Notes under the pieces: model-generated
What the model saw: only the letters and a program-made list of their open reading frames with translations
Databases searched by the model: none
What the model was told of the DNA's origin: nothing
In this document: positions 41,591-51,605 of the stretch, one piece after another
How the letters are laid out: every line of letters starts with the position of its first letter
Numbering within the stretch: the first letter of the stretch is position 1
Position numbers and translations under genes: made by a program
NCBI GenBank assembly: GCA_963736855.1
Contig: CAVTQK010000015.1
Coordinates: forward strand, 192,001 to 256,000
From: an uncultured delta proteobacterium
Lineage (GTDB): Bacteria > Desulfobacterota > Desulfobacteria > Desulfobacterales > UBA2156
Reading direction: 5' to 3'
Length of the DNA stretch: 64,000 bases

Positions 41591-42601
41591 TCAGCAGATC
41601 CTGGGAAGTTGTTCGCCGGTGAGCATATCCACGAATCGGCTTCCACCAATGGAGGTCTTCAGGACCACTTTGCCCGAATGCGCTTCGGTTACCTCGCCTA
41701 TAATACAGGCATCCTTTCCCAACGGATCCTGTCGCATGGCGGTAAGGACCGCATTACACGCGCCTTCCGGTACAAAGGCGATGAGTTTTCCTTCGTTTGC
41801 CACATACAAGGGATCGAAACCCAGAAGGCTGCAGATACCGCGCACTTCCGGTTTGACCGGGATGTAATCTTCATGGATCACGATGCCGACTTTTGAGGCA
41901 AGAGCGATTTCGTTCAAAGTGGATCCCACGCCGCCTCGGGTGGGGTCCCTCAGGGCGTGGATCTCTTGTTTGGTTTCGAACATGCGGGCTACGAGATGGT
42001 TGAGGGGGGCTGTATCGCTGACCACTGTGCTCTCAAAGGTCATCCCCTCCCGTTGTGTCAAGACAGCGACACCGTGCTCGGCGATACTTCCGGAAAGAAG
42101 GATGCGATCCCCGATTTTCGCGTTTTGGCCCGAAACATTCACATCTTCGGGGACAACTCCAACCCCCGAAGTGTTGATGAAGATTTTATCCGCAGATCCC
42201 TTGGGTACCACCTTCGTGTCCCCGGTTACAACGAGGACCTGGGCATGGCGAGAAGCTTCCTGCATTTGCTTGCAGATGGTACTGAGATCCGAAAGGGGAA
42301 ATCCTTCCTCGATGATCAGTCCCACGGAAAGATAGAGCGGCTTTGCGCCGCACATCGCCAGGTCGTTGACCGTTCCATTTATTGCTAAATTCCCGATGCT
42401 CCCACCGGGGAAAAAAATGGGATCCACCGTGAAAGTGTCGGTGGAAAAGGCCAGCTTTCCGGCCGGCACATGAAAAACCGCGCCGTCGTCCAAACGGGAG
42501 AGGATGGGGTTGTCGAAACGAGGAACCAGCATTTCCGAGATGAGGCGGTGGGACATCTTTCCCCCGCTTCCGTGATCCAGCAGGATGATCTCTTTTTTCA
42601 T
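41591..42601 (-). CDS. hypE: Hydrogenase maturation carbamoyl dehydratase
   Basis: HGSGG, GTVNDLAM, TGDTKVV, RDPTRGG, ANEGK, C-terminal PRIC. Confidence 0.97.
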   Translation of the reverse strand: MKKEIILLDHGSGGKMSHRLISEMLVPRFDNPILSRLDDGAVFHVPAGKLAFSTDTFTVDPIFFPGGSIGNLAINGTVNDLAMCGAKPLYLSVGLIIEEGFPLSDLSTICKQMQEASRHAQVLVVTGDTKVVPKGSADKIFINTSGVGVVPEDVNVSGQNAKIGDRILLSGSIAEHGVAVLTQREGMTFESTVVSDTAPLNHLVARMFETKQEIHALRDPTRGGVGSTLNEIALASKVGIVIHEDYIPVKPEVRGICSLLGFDPLYVANEGKLIAFVPEGACNAVLTAMRQDPLGKDACIIGEVTEAHSGKVVLKTSIGGSRFVDMLTGEQLPRIC

Positions 42602-42676
42602 CACACAGGTTCCTTCTCGATTTCATAGAGCCTGACCAGCAAATCCATAGGATCATTGCGCCTTTCCCGAGTCGAC

Positions 42677-43225
42677 TTAGGGGCCTGAGGAAGGAATGGC
42701 CACGCGCCTGGCCATCCAGAAATTTTGGGCCCAGTAACCGTCGTGAAGACTGGACAGCGTGACTCCTTCCGACTTGGAGACGTGTATGAAACGAGAATCG
42801 CCGATGTAAATGCCTACGTGTCTGCCAAACCAGCCCGTCTTGAATAGGACCAGATCCCCGGCGGCCAGGTTTTGATCGGAGATGCGTTTTCCCGTTTCGG
42901 CTAAAGCTTGGGTTGTTCTGGGCAATTGAAGATCCATGTGATCCCTGAAGATGACATGTACGAAGCCGGAGCAGTCGATTCCGCTGCGGGACATCCCTCC
43001 CAGTCGGTACCGGGTTCCTTTCCAGGATTCGTATTGCGCAATCAGTCGGTCCCGGATCTGGGGTCGCGAAAGCGAAAGAGGGGGCGTCAACTTTTGAGGT
43101 TCGGGATAGTAGACCGGACCGGCGGATCGGGGAATCGTGGAACACCCCGTGCCTCCGACGAGAACGGCTATAAAAAGTGCGACGCCGACAATACCCTGAA
43201 ATGATCGATGAAACGGCTGGTTCAT
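42677..43225 (-). CDS. NlpC/P60 family lipoprotein (peptidoglycan endopeptidase)
   Basis: GTGC lipobox, YRLGG, IDCSGFV, GDLVLF, HVGIY, FIH. Confidence 0.92.
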   Translation of the reverse strand: MNQPFHRSFQGIVGVALFIAVLVGGTGCSTIPRSAGPVYYPEPQKLTPPLSLSRPQIRDRLIAQYESWKGTRYRLGGMSRSGIDCSGFVHVIFRDHMDLQLPRTTQALAETGKRISDQNLAAGDLVLFKTGWFGRHVGIYIGDSRFIHVSKSEGVTLSSLHDGYWAQNFWMARRVAIPSSGP

Positions 43226-43361
43226 ATTACTGAGGGAGCATAAACGTTATGAGTTATTGTGTCAACGGCATGGTAATTATTATTCAGGTGGACGTTACGA
43301 TACGGGTCGGATGGGAAAGCGGATCTACGAGGTATTAAATAGACATGACGGGACGGGGACG

Positions 43362-43745
43362 TCAGTCGACACGGCCGAAACCCCATGAAAAGGGCTGTTT
43401 GAACATCTCGTGACCGCCGAAGCGAACTCCGAAGAACATAATTTCGGCCATGGCCGTAGACCCCAGGCGTCTGGCCACGTCGATCATTAATTCTGCATCT
43501 GCTATTAAGCGCTCCACGTTTTCCCCCGGATAACCCGCCCAATATTTTAAGTCATGCAGAAAACATGCCGGATAGAGATCAACACCTTTCCAGATATCCA
43601 CCCATAGGGAACACCCATCGCTCTTGAAGGGCCTTTGAGGAACATCTTTCTCGATTTTGACCCAGAGGGCGGAAAGTCCGTAAAAATTACAAATCTCCCG
43701 GATCCGCTCGAGAGGAACTTCCTCCCCTTTTTTAGGCAATTTCAT
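43362..43745 (-). CDS. Hypothetical protein with a prokaryotic phospholipase A2-like motif
   Basis: SDGCS...ACFLHDLKY...ADAEL...GVRFGG; AGGAGG RBS. Confidence 0.55.
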   Translation of the reverse strand: MKLPKKGEEVPLERIREICNFYGLSALWVKIEKDVPQRPFKSDGCSLWVDIWKGVDLYPACFLHDLKYWAGYPGENVERLIADAELMIDVARRLGSTAMAEIMFFGVRFGGHEMFKQPFSWGFGRVD

Positions 43746-43969
43746 ATGCGTCCTCCTGCTTCAGGCTTCGGTTAAAACCGGACAAAGAATTACCAGAATT
43801 GTGAAGAAGGATAAACAGGATAATAGATTAGTCTTTTCAATCAGATATAAAATGCGCGGTCTATTTACGGAGCTGACCGGTTTGACGACAGCCTTTTTCG
43901 TTCTTAATTTAAGTAATTATGGATAACCGTTTTGTGAGTTTGCCTAATGCCAAATGAAAGGAGACAAAA

Positions 43970-44419
43970 ATGAAAAAATCGGCATTTATGATGATGGTTG
44001 TGATCGCAGGAATGGTATTGATCAGCGGAATTTTTGCCCAGGCGGCTGAGGAAACCCTGGTTTCCAAGCTGGTTCGTGAGTTGGGTGTCACAGAGAAACA
44101 GGCTTCCGGCGGTGCAGGGGCCCTTTTGAAACACGCTCAGAGCGGTCTTGGTGAAGCGGATTTCGGGAAAGTCACAGCGGCGCTGCCTGAAGTCACTTCC
44201 TTGCTTAAAACCGCTCCGGAGAGTATGGGTAAAGGGATGGGCGCCGGTCTGGGTAAGGGATTAGAGAAGGCGGGCGGCATGGCCGGCGTGACCAAGGTTT
44301 TTAACACGCTGGGGATGAAGCCGGACATGGTCGGCAAATTCGTTCCTTCGATTCTCTCTTATGCCGAATCGAAGGGTGGAACTCCGGTTATGGAGATCCT
44401 GAAGAATGTTCTGAAGTAA
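43970..44419 (+). CDS. DUF2780-like exported protein
   Basis: Signal peptide; LGVTEKQASGGAGALL, LGMKPDMVGKF. Confidence 0.75.
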   Translation: MKKSAFMMMVVIAGMVLISGIFAQAAEETLVSKLVRELGVTEKQASGGAGALLKHAQSGLGEADFGKVTAALPEVTSLLKTAPESMGKGMGAGLGKGLEKAGGMAGVTKVFNTLGMKPDMVGKFVPSILSYAESKGGTPVMEILKNVLK

Positions 44420-44448
44420 AATGCGGGGATGTTTGCAGAAGGTGCATC

Positions 44449-44823
44449 ATGAATAAAGGATACTTTGAAGAAACCCGTGGGATCGGAGTCCTGGCGACGG
44501 CCGACGCTGAGGGAAATGTAAACACCGCCATATACGCCAGACCCCATGTGATGGAGGATGGTACCCTTGCCTTCATCATGCGGGACCGATTGACCCATCA
44601 CAACCTCCAGTCCAATCCTAAGGCTGCATATCTTTTCATGGAAGAAGGCAAGGGATACAAAGGGATTCGCCTGCACCTGTTAAAAAATCGGGAGGAGCAA
44701 GACCCGGAAAAGATTGAGCGCTTCCGCAGGCGTCAATACGTCAGTGACAAGGATGAGGCCCGGTTTCTGGTTTATTTCAAGGTTGAAAAGAAGCTTCCGC
44801 TGATCGGCACGAGTCCCGAATAA
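44449..44823 (+). CDS. Pyridoxamine 5'-phosphate oxidase-like FMN-binding protein
   Basis: GVLATAD..G.VN, THHNLQSNP.A.YLF. Confidence 0.75.
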   Translation: MNKGYFEETRGIGVLATADAEGNVNTAIYARPHVMEDGTLAFIMRDRLTHHNLQSNPKAAYLFMEEGKGYKGIRLHLLKNREEQDPEKIERFRRRQYVSDKDEARFLVYFKVEKKLPLIGTSPE

Positions 44824-45039
44824 GTGTCCTTAAGGTTTATCCCGGGGCGTCTCCCGCTTTCTCGAAATGGGCATTTTCAATCCCATCAAGAAGTAAATAG
44901 GAGACGATCCGTATACAAACCGGTACCACGCCGAGACGATGAATAAATCCCAGAAGATGCGGATGGGCGGTTTCTAGAAGATTGCAGATTGCGCTCTATC
45001 GGAAATGCTAAAGTCTGCGCTCGAGAAAAAGAAGGAGAT

Positions 45040-46275
45040 TCACCCATCGGCTTTTCTGGAGGCCATCCCTGATGAAGGCATTTTTTTTGTTTGTGTTCCA
45101 GAATCGTAAAGGGATTTCAGCACCCCGTCGAAATAGTCGGGGAGGTAGCGATCCCAGAGCCGGATGGGAAGAGCGGTCAGTTCGGTTTTCTCGGATTCCG
45201 CAAAGGCAAACAGGTACTCCATGAGAAATTCGATGTTGCAGGCCAGCTGCCCCTTGTATTGTTGATCGAGGCGCTGACGCAGGATCCGTTCCTCATGCAT
45301 GGATTGTCCGATTTCGCTTTCCAGCATCTCCTGATAGTTGCACACAATGACTTCCAGCTCCACGCTTTCCTCGGCCTCTAGTACGAAGTCACGGAAAAGT
45401 CGTCGGACCTCATCGGGACCCATCCCCCATTTTTGCATGGAATCGAAAGTCTGTCGTTTCATGGGGTTCGAAAGGAGTTCTTCTTTATCCGGTTGATACC
45501 GAATAATCAAGTTGATGGCGTTGTATAATCCGCTGTGGTCCTCCCTTTCGAAAAGATCGCAGCAGTGCGTCTCCGAGATACGATCAAAGAAATGCTGACG
45601 GTGTGAATCTTCAACGATGACTTTTACGCCGGCGACGTCCCGGATGATCATCCCGTGGTTTTCTTCGATGGGGCGTCCGTTTTTCAGATCGTCAAGCAGG
45701 CGGCCTTCGGCTTTGAGGAACTCCTCGATCATTTTCGACTGCGGGGTAATCAGGAGTTCCACGGGGATACCCAAATGGAGAGCCCGGTCCCGGGCCAACG
45801 CATCGGCGCGTTTTCGGATGTCGATATACATCCGGTCGATGATACGGCGGGCGGCCTTTTCCGCCAGACGTCGGGAACGCTTGATACGGTTGGAACCAAT
45901 ATAGCGGAAGCCCCCGGAATGTTCGACAAAATAGAGTATGCTCTGGAACGGGGTCTCCCGGTAGTACACTCCTGGATCGATACGATATGCCGAGATCATC
46001 GCATCGATTCTCGGATTATGATAGGGGAGGTTTTCGACGATGACGTCTTTGAGATCGGCCTTGCTGGTCGCTTTCCGCATTTTAAGGGGGACGTCGTGGA
46101 GCAGACCAAAGATTTTTTCGGAGAAAGCCGGCAGGTAGCTCTGGATAAAAGCGCTGTTGAAGTGTATGAGTCGGTTGAGAATCTCGGCGTCGGAGGGGTT
46201 CGGAGTATTATACATCCATCGGGTGATAAGCTGTTTCAAGGCATCCCGATGCAAAATGCCGCTAATAGTAATCAT
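45040..46275 (-). CDS. Conserved hypothetical protein with divergent RelA/SpoT synthetase (nucleotidyltransferase) motifs
   Basis: RIKRSRRLAEK, RDVAGVKVI, SGLYNAINL, ELEVIV, ESEIGQSMH, in canonical order. Confidence 0.55.
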   Translation of the reverse strand: MITISGILHRDALKQLITRWMYNTPNPSDAEILNRLIHFNSAFIQSYLPAFSEKIFGLLHDVPLKMRKATSKADLKDVIVENLPYHNPRIDAMISAYRIDPGVYYRETPFQSILYFVEHSGGFRYIGSNRIKRSRRLAEKAARRIIDRMYIDIRKRADALARDRALHLGIPVELLITPQSKMIEEFLKAEGRLLDDLKNGRPIEENHGMIIRDVAGVKVIVEDSHRQHFFDRISETHCCDLFEREDHSGLYNAINLIIRYQPDKEELLSNPMKRQTFDSMQKWGMGPDEVRRLFRDFVLEAEESVELEVIVCNYQEMLESEIGQSMHEERILRQRLDQQYKGQLACNIEFLMEYLFAFAESEKTELTALPIRLWDRYLPDYFDGVLKSLYDSGTQTKKMPSSGMASRKADG

Positions 46276-46322
46276 ATTACCGCAAGATATCCGAAAAGTG
46301 CTTATATGCCAAGATCAATTTT

Positions 46323-46479
46323 GATGAAATCGTAAAAACTCAAACCTAAATTGAGCGATTTTCGAATTTACCGCAGATGCAAGGCGCGGAAATCCTGAGG
46401 AATGAGGCGTACATATGGTTACGCCGCAATGACGAAGGATGCAGTGCAACGCAGCAGATGGACTTTTTAGGAGCGAGTC
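46323..46479. mobile_element. MITE-like element, inverted copy
   Basis: Reverse complement of copies 1 and 2 over most of its length; flanks AATTTT / ACTTTT (5 of 6 match). Confidence 0.8.
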
Positions 46480-46552
46480 ACTTTTTCGAATGAGTGATTG
46501 AATGACATCATGCTCAATTTTAGCTCTAAGGCCATTTCCATGTTTCTCAGGC

Positions 46553-47819
46553 TTAACGCTGAAGTGCCTTTTCAGGGGTGGTGATCAGAATCTCCAGATC
46601 TTCTCCTTGCATTTTTAAAGGTATCACCGCGATATTGTTTTGCTTATCCAAAAAACAGCTTCTTTTACCCTTGTCGGGTAAAAATGTGGCATGAGCAAAA
46701 CGGGGAGAGCCTGGATCAGCGTCCATGATCCGAACTGTACCGGTACCTTCCATAGCCTCCGGATCGACCCTGAGGATGAGAAGCCCAGCATCGGAAATCA
46801 AACGGTCAGAGCCAATGGGTTGACGGTTTTCCAAGAGGTAATAGATACCTCCTTGGAGAGGAATTTTCACCACCAAAGGATTGCCTCCCTTGGCTAACGG
46901 TACCAAGATCACTCGCTTTTCTTCGCCCGGTTTTACATGCACAACCTGATCATCGGTAATCCAACCCAACCGGATTCTGGTAAAGGAAGACAACCCGGGC
47001 GGGGGCGCATCCCTTTTAATCAGGTGTGAGGACATGACATCCCATGGACCCATGTAAGTAGTGCAATCTTCCCATTTCATTTTCGCTGAAGCGTCAGCCT
47101 GACGCTCGAAGTCATAAAGTCAGGGAACCAGGCGTTGGTTGTTGTACACCCCCCCCAGGGCATGAAAGAAGTCATGGGCAAACATACCTATGTGGGAATT
47201 TTCGGTGCCTACAAATATCCCCCCTGAAAATTCCTTGCCGCCCTTTGAGCGAAGGGTAAGATATTCCGGGTTTCTCCGCACACCCGTCAGCATACCGGGA
47301 TTGGCACAGTAGCAGGGCATGCCGTAACCCTTGTCAGAGACCGTTTGGACGCCGGGTACAATGAGCATGTGTTGATAAGCGGAGAAGTCCACCTCTTTTT
47401 CAAGACCGGTCATGGCGTCCCCGATGAGTTTTCTCACCCTATTGCGGTCCACCTTAAAATTGTCTTGAGCTGACCCGATACTCGGAGACAGGGTCGGGCA
47501 TCAAGACCCAGCCTGTCATATGGGCATCGATCCGAGCCTTGCCATACGATTGATCACGGACGTATTCGTTGAGCCGTGTTACTGCCTTGTACTTGATTTG
47601 ATCCAGGGAAAGATTCGGTTTTACGTCAGGAAACCGGACAGGAACCACGAGGAGGCGGATTTCTCCTTGTGCCTTCTGGGATTGAGGACCCAATAAGTCT
47701 GTAACTCGCGGTTGGCGATATTGGATTTCTGCACTTTCCTTCTGCTTCTGGATAGAACCGGTCCCTGTCTGGCAGGCGCATAAAAAAAACATCATAAAAA
47801 GCCATGTCCAATGTTTCAT
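46553..47819 (-). CDS. M6 (immune inhibitor A)-like metzincin lipoprotein; candidate selenoprotein (in-frame UGA 47120-47122) with one +1 frameshift near 47465
   Basis: Three ORF-track pieces join into about 421 aa: lipobox LCAC, VVPVRFPD, YVRDQSYG, AHDFFHALGG...VP*LYD, Met-turn GPWDVMS, LGWI, YYLLENRQ, GLLI. Confidence 0.75.
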
Positions 47820-47869
47820 AGATCTTTTCCTGTCTTTAGTTATTGGGTGGGATCAGCATGTTATGAAAC

Positions 47870-49660
47870 TTATTCTATTCGCTTGGGAATTTCCAACCTA
47901 AATATAGTTCCCCGGCCAGCTTGGCTGTCGACCTTGATGCTGCCGCCATGATCCTCGACAATCTTTCGCACGATAGCCAGACCCAAACCGGTTCCGCCGT
48001 GCCGGCCGTCGGATACGAACGACTCGAACAGACGGTGGCGGATCGCTTCAGGAATACCGGCACCGTCATCGCTAAAGAGGAAACACACATTTTTACCGGC
48101 ATCTTCCACTTCCACCCGGAAATGACCGCCATCAGGCATGGCCTGGCGGGCGTTGCGTGCCAGGTTGAACACCACTCGGCGCAGCTTGTTTTCATCCGCC
48201 CGCAACGGTCCCTGGTAGCGATCATGGATATCCAGCTTAATACGTGCCGGTGTCAGCTCTTTCTCCAGCAGTTCTCGTATCTCTTCGAGGAACTTGTTGG
48301 TGTAAATCTTGTACAGGAGTATCTGGCTTTCTCCCCGGGCAAAAGCCAGCAATTCATGGATCATGGTATCGATGAAATCAAACTGCCGCAGAATGATCTC
48401 GATTTTTTGTCGGCGGCTCTCGCTACCGGGTTCCATGGCCATCAATTGTACATAGCCGGAGATGATGGTCATAGGGGTGCGAATGTCATGGATGACTCCG
48501 GAGAGCATCTTTCCGATGGAGCTTAAGCGATTTTCTTTTTCACGCTCCTCCCGGCGAGTCCAGGTGATCAAAGCCGAGTGAGCCTGACCGGCGATGAGTG
48601 TGGCCAGTTTTTCGTCTTCGATGCCGAATTTCCCCTTGTGCTTGTTGAGCAATTCAAGTGCACCGATGTTCTCGCCTCCTGCTCCCAGGGGTACGGCCAA
48701 AATATTGCGCACCGGAAAATCCAGCTCTTTCTCCAACGAAACCAGGTGCCGCGGGTCGGAAGAAGGATCGTCCACCAGGGCGCTTTGGCCGTTTTCGGCA
48801 ACCCAGCCGGCAACTCCGCTTCCGCGCTTTAAGCGGATGCGCTTGATCTGATTCGCCTGGGAGCCGACCGCCTCGGGAAATAGCAACTCCTGGCCATTTT
48901 CGTCCAGCAGAACGATGCTTCCTGCTTCGCAGTCCAACAGTTCAACGGTTTGTCGCAACAGACGACCCAACATTTCATCGATGTCCAAAGATGTGGCAAT
49001 TTCGCGCTCCAGGGTAAAAAGCGCATCCAATTCCTGAATGCGGCGAGTCAGCTGCTCCTTCGCTGTTACCAATTCGATATTGCGGGACATCAGCCCCAGC
49101 ACCAGCCTCGTGTTCTCTATCGCCACCGCCACTTGAGAACAGATGGCTTCAAGCAGCTTCTCATCAGCCGCCGAGAAATAACCTTGGCGCTTGTTTAATG
49201 ACTGTACGACTCCCAGCACCTCCCCGCTTTTGCTACACAGCGGGACACTAAGAAGGCTCCTTGTGCGGTAGCCGCTTTGCTTGTCGATATCCGGATTGAA
49301 ACGATCGTCGGCATAGGCATCATTCAGGTTGAGAGTGCAGCCGTGTCGCGCCACCCAGCCGGCAACGCCTTGATTTAAAGGCAGCCGGAGTTCCTGCATG
49401 CCTTCACCTTGGGCCACCTTGGACCACAATTCACCCCGCTCTTTGTCCAACAGAAAAATGGAGGATCGTTCCGCCTCCATCAAGGCAGTGACGTTTTCAG
49501 CCACTAAACGCAGCAATTGGTCGAAGTCGCCCACGGCGGTGAGGCTGCGGCCTACTTCTATCATGGCCGCACAACGTCCTTCGGAGCGTTTCAGATCGGA
49601 ACGCAGGCGGAACATCTCTTGGCTGGCTTTGTCTCCGGAGATCTTTTCTTTATCCGCCAT
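47870..49660 (-). CDS. Cytoplasmic GAF-GAF sensor histidine kinase
   Basis: Two GAF domains (GVAGWVA, NKRQG.F...DE); H-box HDIRTP, N-box NLARNA, DDGAGI, GTGLGL. Confidence 0.92.
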   Translation of the reverse strand: MADKEKISGDKASQEMFRLRSDLKRSEGRCAAMIEVGRSLTAVGDFDQLLRLVAENVTALMEAERSSIFLLDKERGELWSKVAQGEGMQELRLPLNQGVAGWVARHGCTLNLNDAYADDRFNPDIDKQSGYRTRSLLSVPLCSKSGEVLGVVQSLNKRQGYFSAADEKLLEAICSQVAVAIENTRLVLGLMSRNIELVTAKEQLTRRIQELDALFTLEREIATSLDIDEMLGRLLRQTVELLDCEAGSIVLLDENGQELLFPEAVGSQANQIKRIRLKRGSGVAGWVAENGQSALVDDPSSDPRHLVSLEKELDFPVRNILAVPLGAGGENIGALELLNKHKGKFGIEDEKLATLIAGQAHSALITWTRREEREKENRLSSIGKMLSGVIHDIRTPMTIISGYVQLMAMEPGSESRRQKIEIILRQFDFIDTMIHELLAFARGESQILLYKIYTNKFLEEIRELLEKELTPARIKLDIHDRYQGPLRADENKLRRVVFNLARNARQAMPDGGHFRVEVEDAGKNVCFLFSDDGAGIPEAIRHRLFESFVSDGRHGGTGLGLAIVRKIVEDHGGSIKVDSQAGRGTIFRLEIPKRIE

Positions 49661-50492
49661 TCTAATCCTAACCTTTGGGCTATAGGCCAGTTGAAACCTT
49701 GGATTAAATGGATCATCAGCGGAATATTCAGCGGGGCCGGGCTCTCCATCTTCTCATGAACCCGTGGCTATGCCGGTTCCCCCTTTGCCTCGGGACCTCG
49801 AATACCCGTTCTTTTTTTGTCTGAACCATCACGCAGCTATTTAACACTTTTCCGAAAAACTCAGTGCAGGTAGTTGCCACAATCATCATACCGATATCCG
49901 TTTCTCCCTTGATGCGTGTCTGCTGGAGAATGCATCCATCATTCGGTATCGGCCCGACAAAAAAGGCCTTTCTATCCCAACATCTGCGGCCCAAGATATG
50001 GGAACATGGGGTTATAATAATCAGTAAGTAACAATTATAGCAAAAGGGATGCGCTGTCAATCGGAATTTAATCGGTAATCAAGAGATATGATAGCTGGTT
50101 TAATTTCTAGATTGCAGGTTTTTTCGAATCATAACCCAAACAGGATCATGTTTTTATGAAACATTTACGGCTGATCACCAATCATTTTGATTCACATTAA
50201 AAAAAGCTCTATGTCGAAGTGGCAAGCTTGTGCGAAGCACGCAGACAGGTGAACTGTGTTTGAATCGGCTTCAATTTCATCAACATGCCGATAAAATTCC
50301 GATTGACAGCGCATTCACCTTCGGATAATTGAAAATCTATAAGCCTTGTCAAATGCAGGTTCCCATATTTTCTGGTGCAGATGATGGAAAAACACAATTC
50401 AGTCCTGCACTTAATCCGCCCACAAAAAAGCGACTTTTTATCAGTTTTTAGCCTCGCACCACCGAACTACCCACATTCATAGGAGGGATACC

Positions 50493-51410
50493 ATGAGAAT
50501 TGCCTTAATTGGTCAGGCGGCTTTCGGTGCAGATGTCTTTAAGGGTTTGCTGAACAACGGTCAGCAAGTCGTGGGGGTCTTTTGCCCGCCGGATCAGGGG
50601 ACCAGGAAGGACCCCTTGAAGGAGGCGGCCCTTGCCGAAGGGGCGCCGATCTTCCAGCCCGGCCACATGCGGGACCCCGATGCCTACGAGGCCATGGTCT
50701 CCCTGAAGGCTGATTTGGGGGTGCTGGCCTTTGTCACCGACATTATTCCGCCTAAGGTCTTCAACGCCCCTCGGTTGGGTTCCATCTGCTATCATCCTTC
50801 CATTTTGCCCCGCTACCGGGGCTCCAGCGCCATCAACTGGGCGGTGATCGGCGGTGAAACCGAGACCGGGCTCACCATTTTCTGGGTGGACCAGGGCATC
50901 GACACCGGTGACATCCTCTTGCAACTAACGGTGCCCATCGGCCCCGCCGAGACCACCGGGGAAGTATATTTCAACAAGCTCTACCCCATGGGAGTGGCGG
51001 CGGTGCTGGAGGCGGTGGAACTGATCGCCAAGGGCAAGGCTCCCCGCATCCCCCAGGATCACTCCCTGGCCAGCTATGATCCGCCCTGCGACGAAAAAGT
51101 GGCGGGTCTCGTCTGGAAAAAGCCGGCCCGTCAGGTCTTTAATTTCATCCGGGGCTGCGATCCCCAGCCCGGGGCCACCTCCACCTTCCGGGGCGAGAAG
51201 GTTAAATTTTATAACGCCGCCTTTTTAGCAGAACCGGCTGACGCAGTCCCCGGAGAAATCCTGGCGGTGACCGATAAGGGCCTCAAAGTGGCGGCGGCCG
51301 GCGGTGCCCTGCTCATTTCCCGCTTCCGCACCAAAGAGCTGGGCAAGGTAAAGGCGCCGGATTTTATTGCGGCCAAGCAGCCTAAGGCGGGGGAAAAATT
51401 CGGGGATTAG
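50493..51410 (+). CDS. Formyltransferase family protein (Fmt / 10-formyl-THF hydrolase-like)
   Basis: MRIALIGQAAFG, YHPSILPRYRG.SAINW, DQGIDTG, FIRGCDPQPGA. Confidence 0.88.
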   Translation: MRIALIGQAAFGADVFKGLLNNGQQVVGVFCPPDQGTRKDPLKEAALAEGAPIFQPGHMRDPDAYEAMVSLKADLGVLAFVTDIIPPKVFNAPRLGSICYHPSILPRYRGSSAINWAVIGGETETGLTIFWVDQGIDTGDILLQLTVPIGPAETTGEVYFNKLYPMGVAAVLEAVELIAKGKAPRIPQDHSLASYDPPCDEKVAGLVWKKPARQVFNFIRGCDPQPGATSTFRGEKVKFYNAAFLAEPADAVPGEILAVTDKGLKVAAAGGALLISRFRTKELGKVKAPDFIAAKQPKAGEKFGD

Positions 51411-51605
51411 AGGTCATTCAGACTTTGCCATCCCTTGCTTTCGGTCTGGGTCTTTTCTTCTTCACCGGGAAGGCCAACGACTTCTTTATCTTTATGGTGA
51501 TCTCCCTGCTTGTTCTTACCTTTTGTATCCGAGATATGCCGACTGGAAAAGGTCGGCGCAGCAGGATGTATCATTGATCCGTCTTCCAGATAAGTTGGGC
51601 AAGCC

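Noticed and set aside
49661..50492. Long intergenic region checked for a riboswitch or sigma54 promoter; ORF 49728-50060
   Set aside because: No riboswitch consensus recognised, GG/GC spacing at 50220 is off by one, and the ORF has no motifs.
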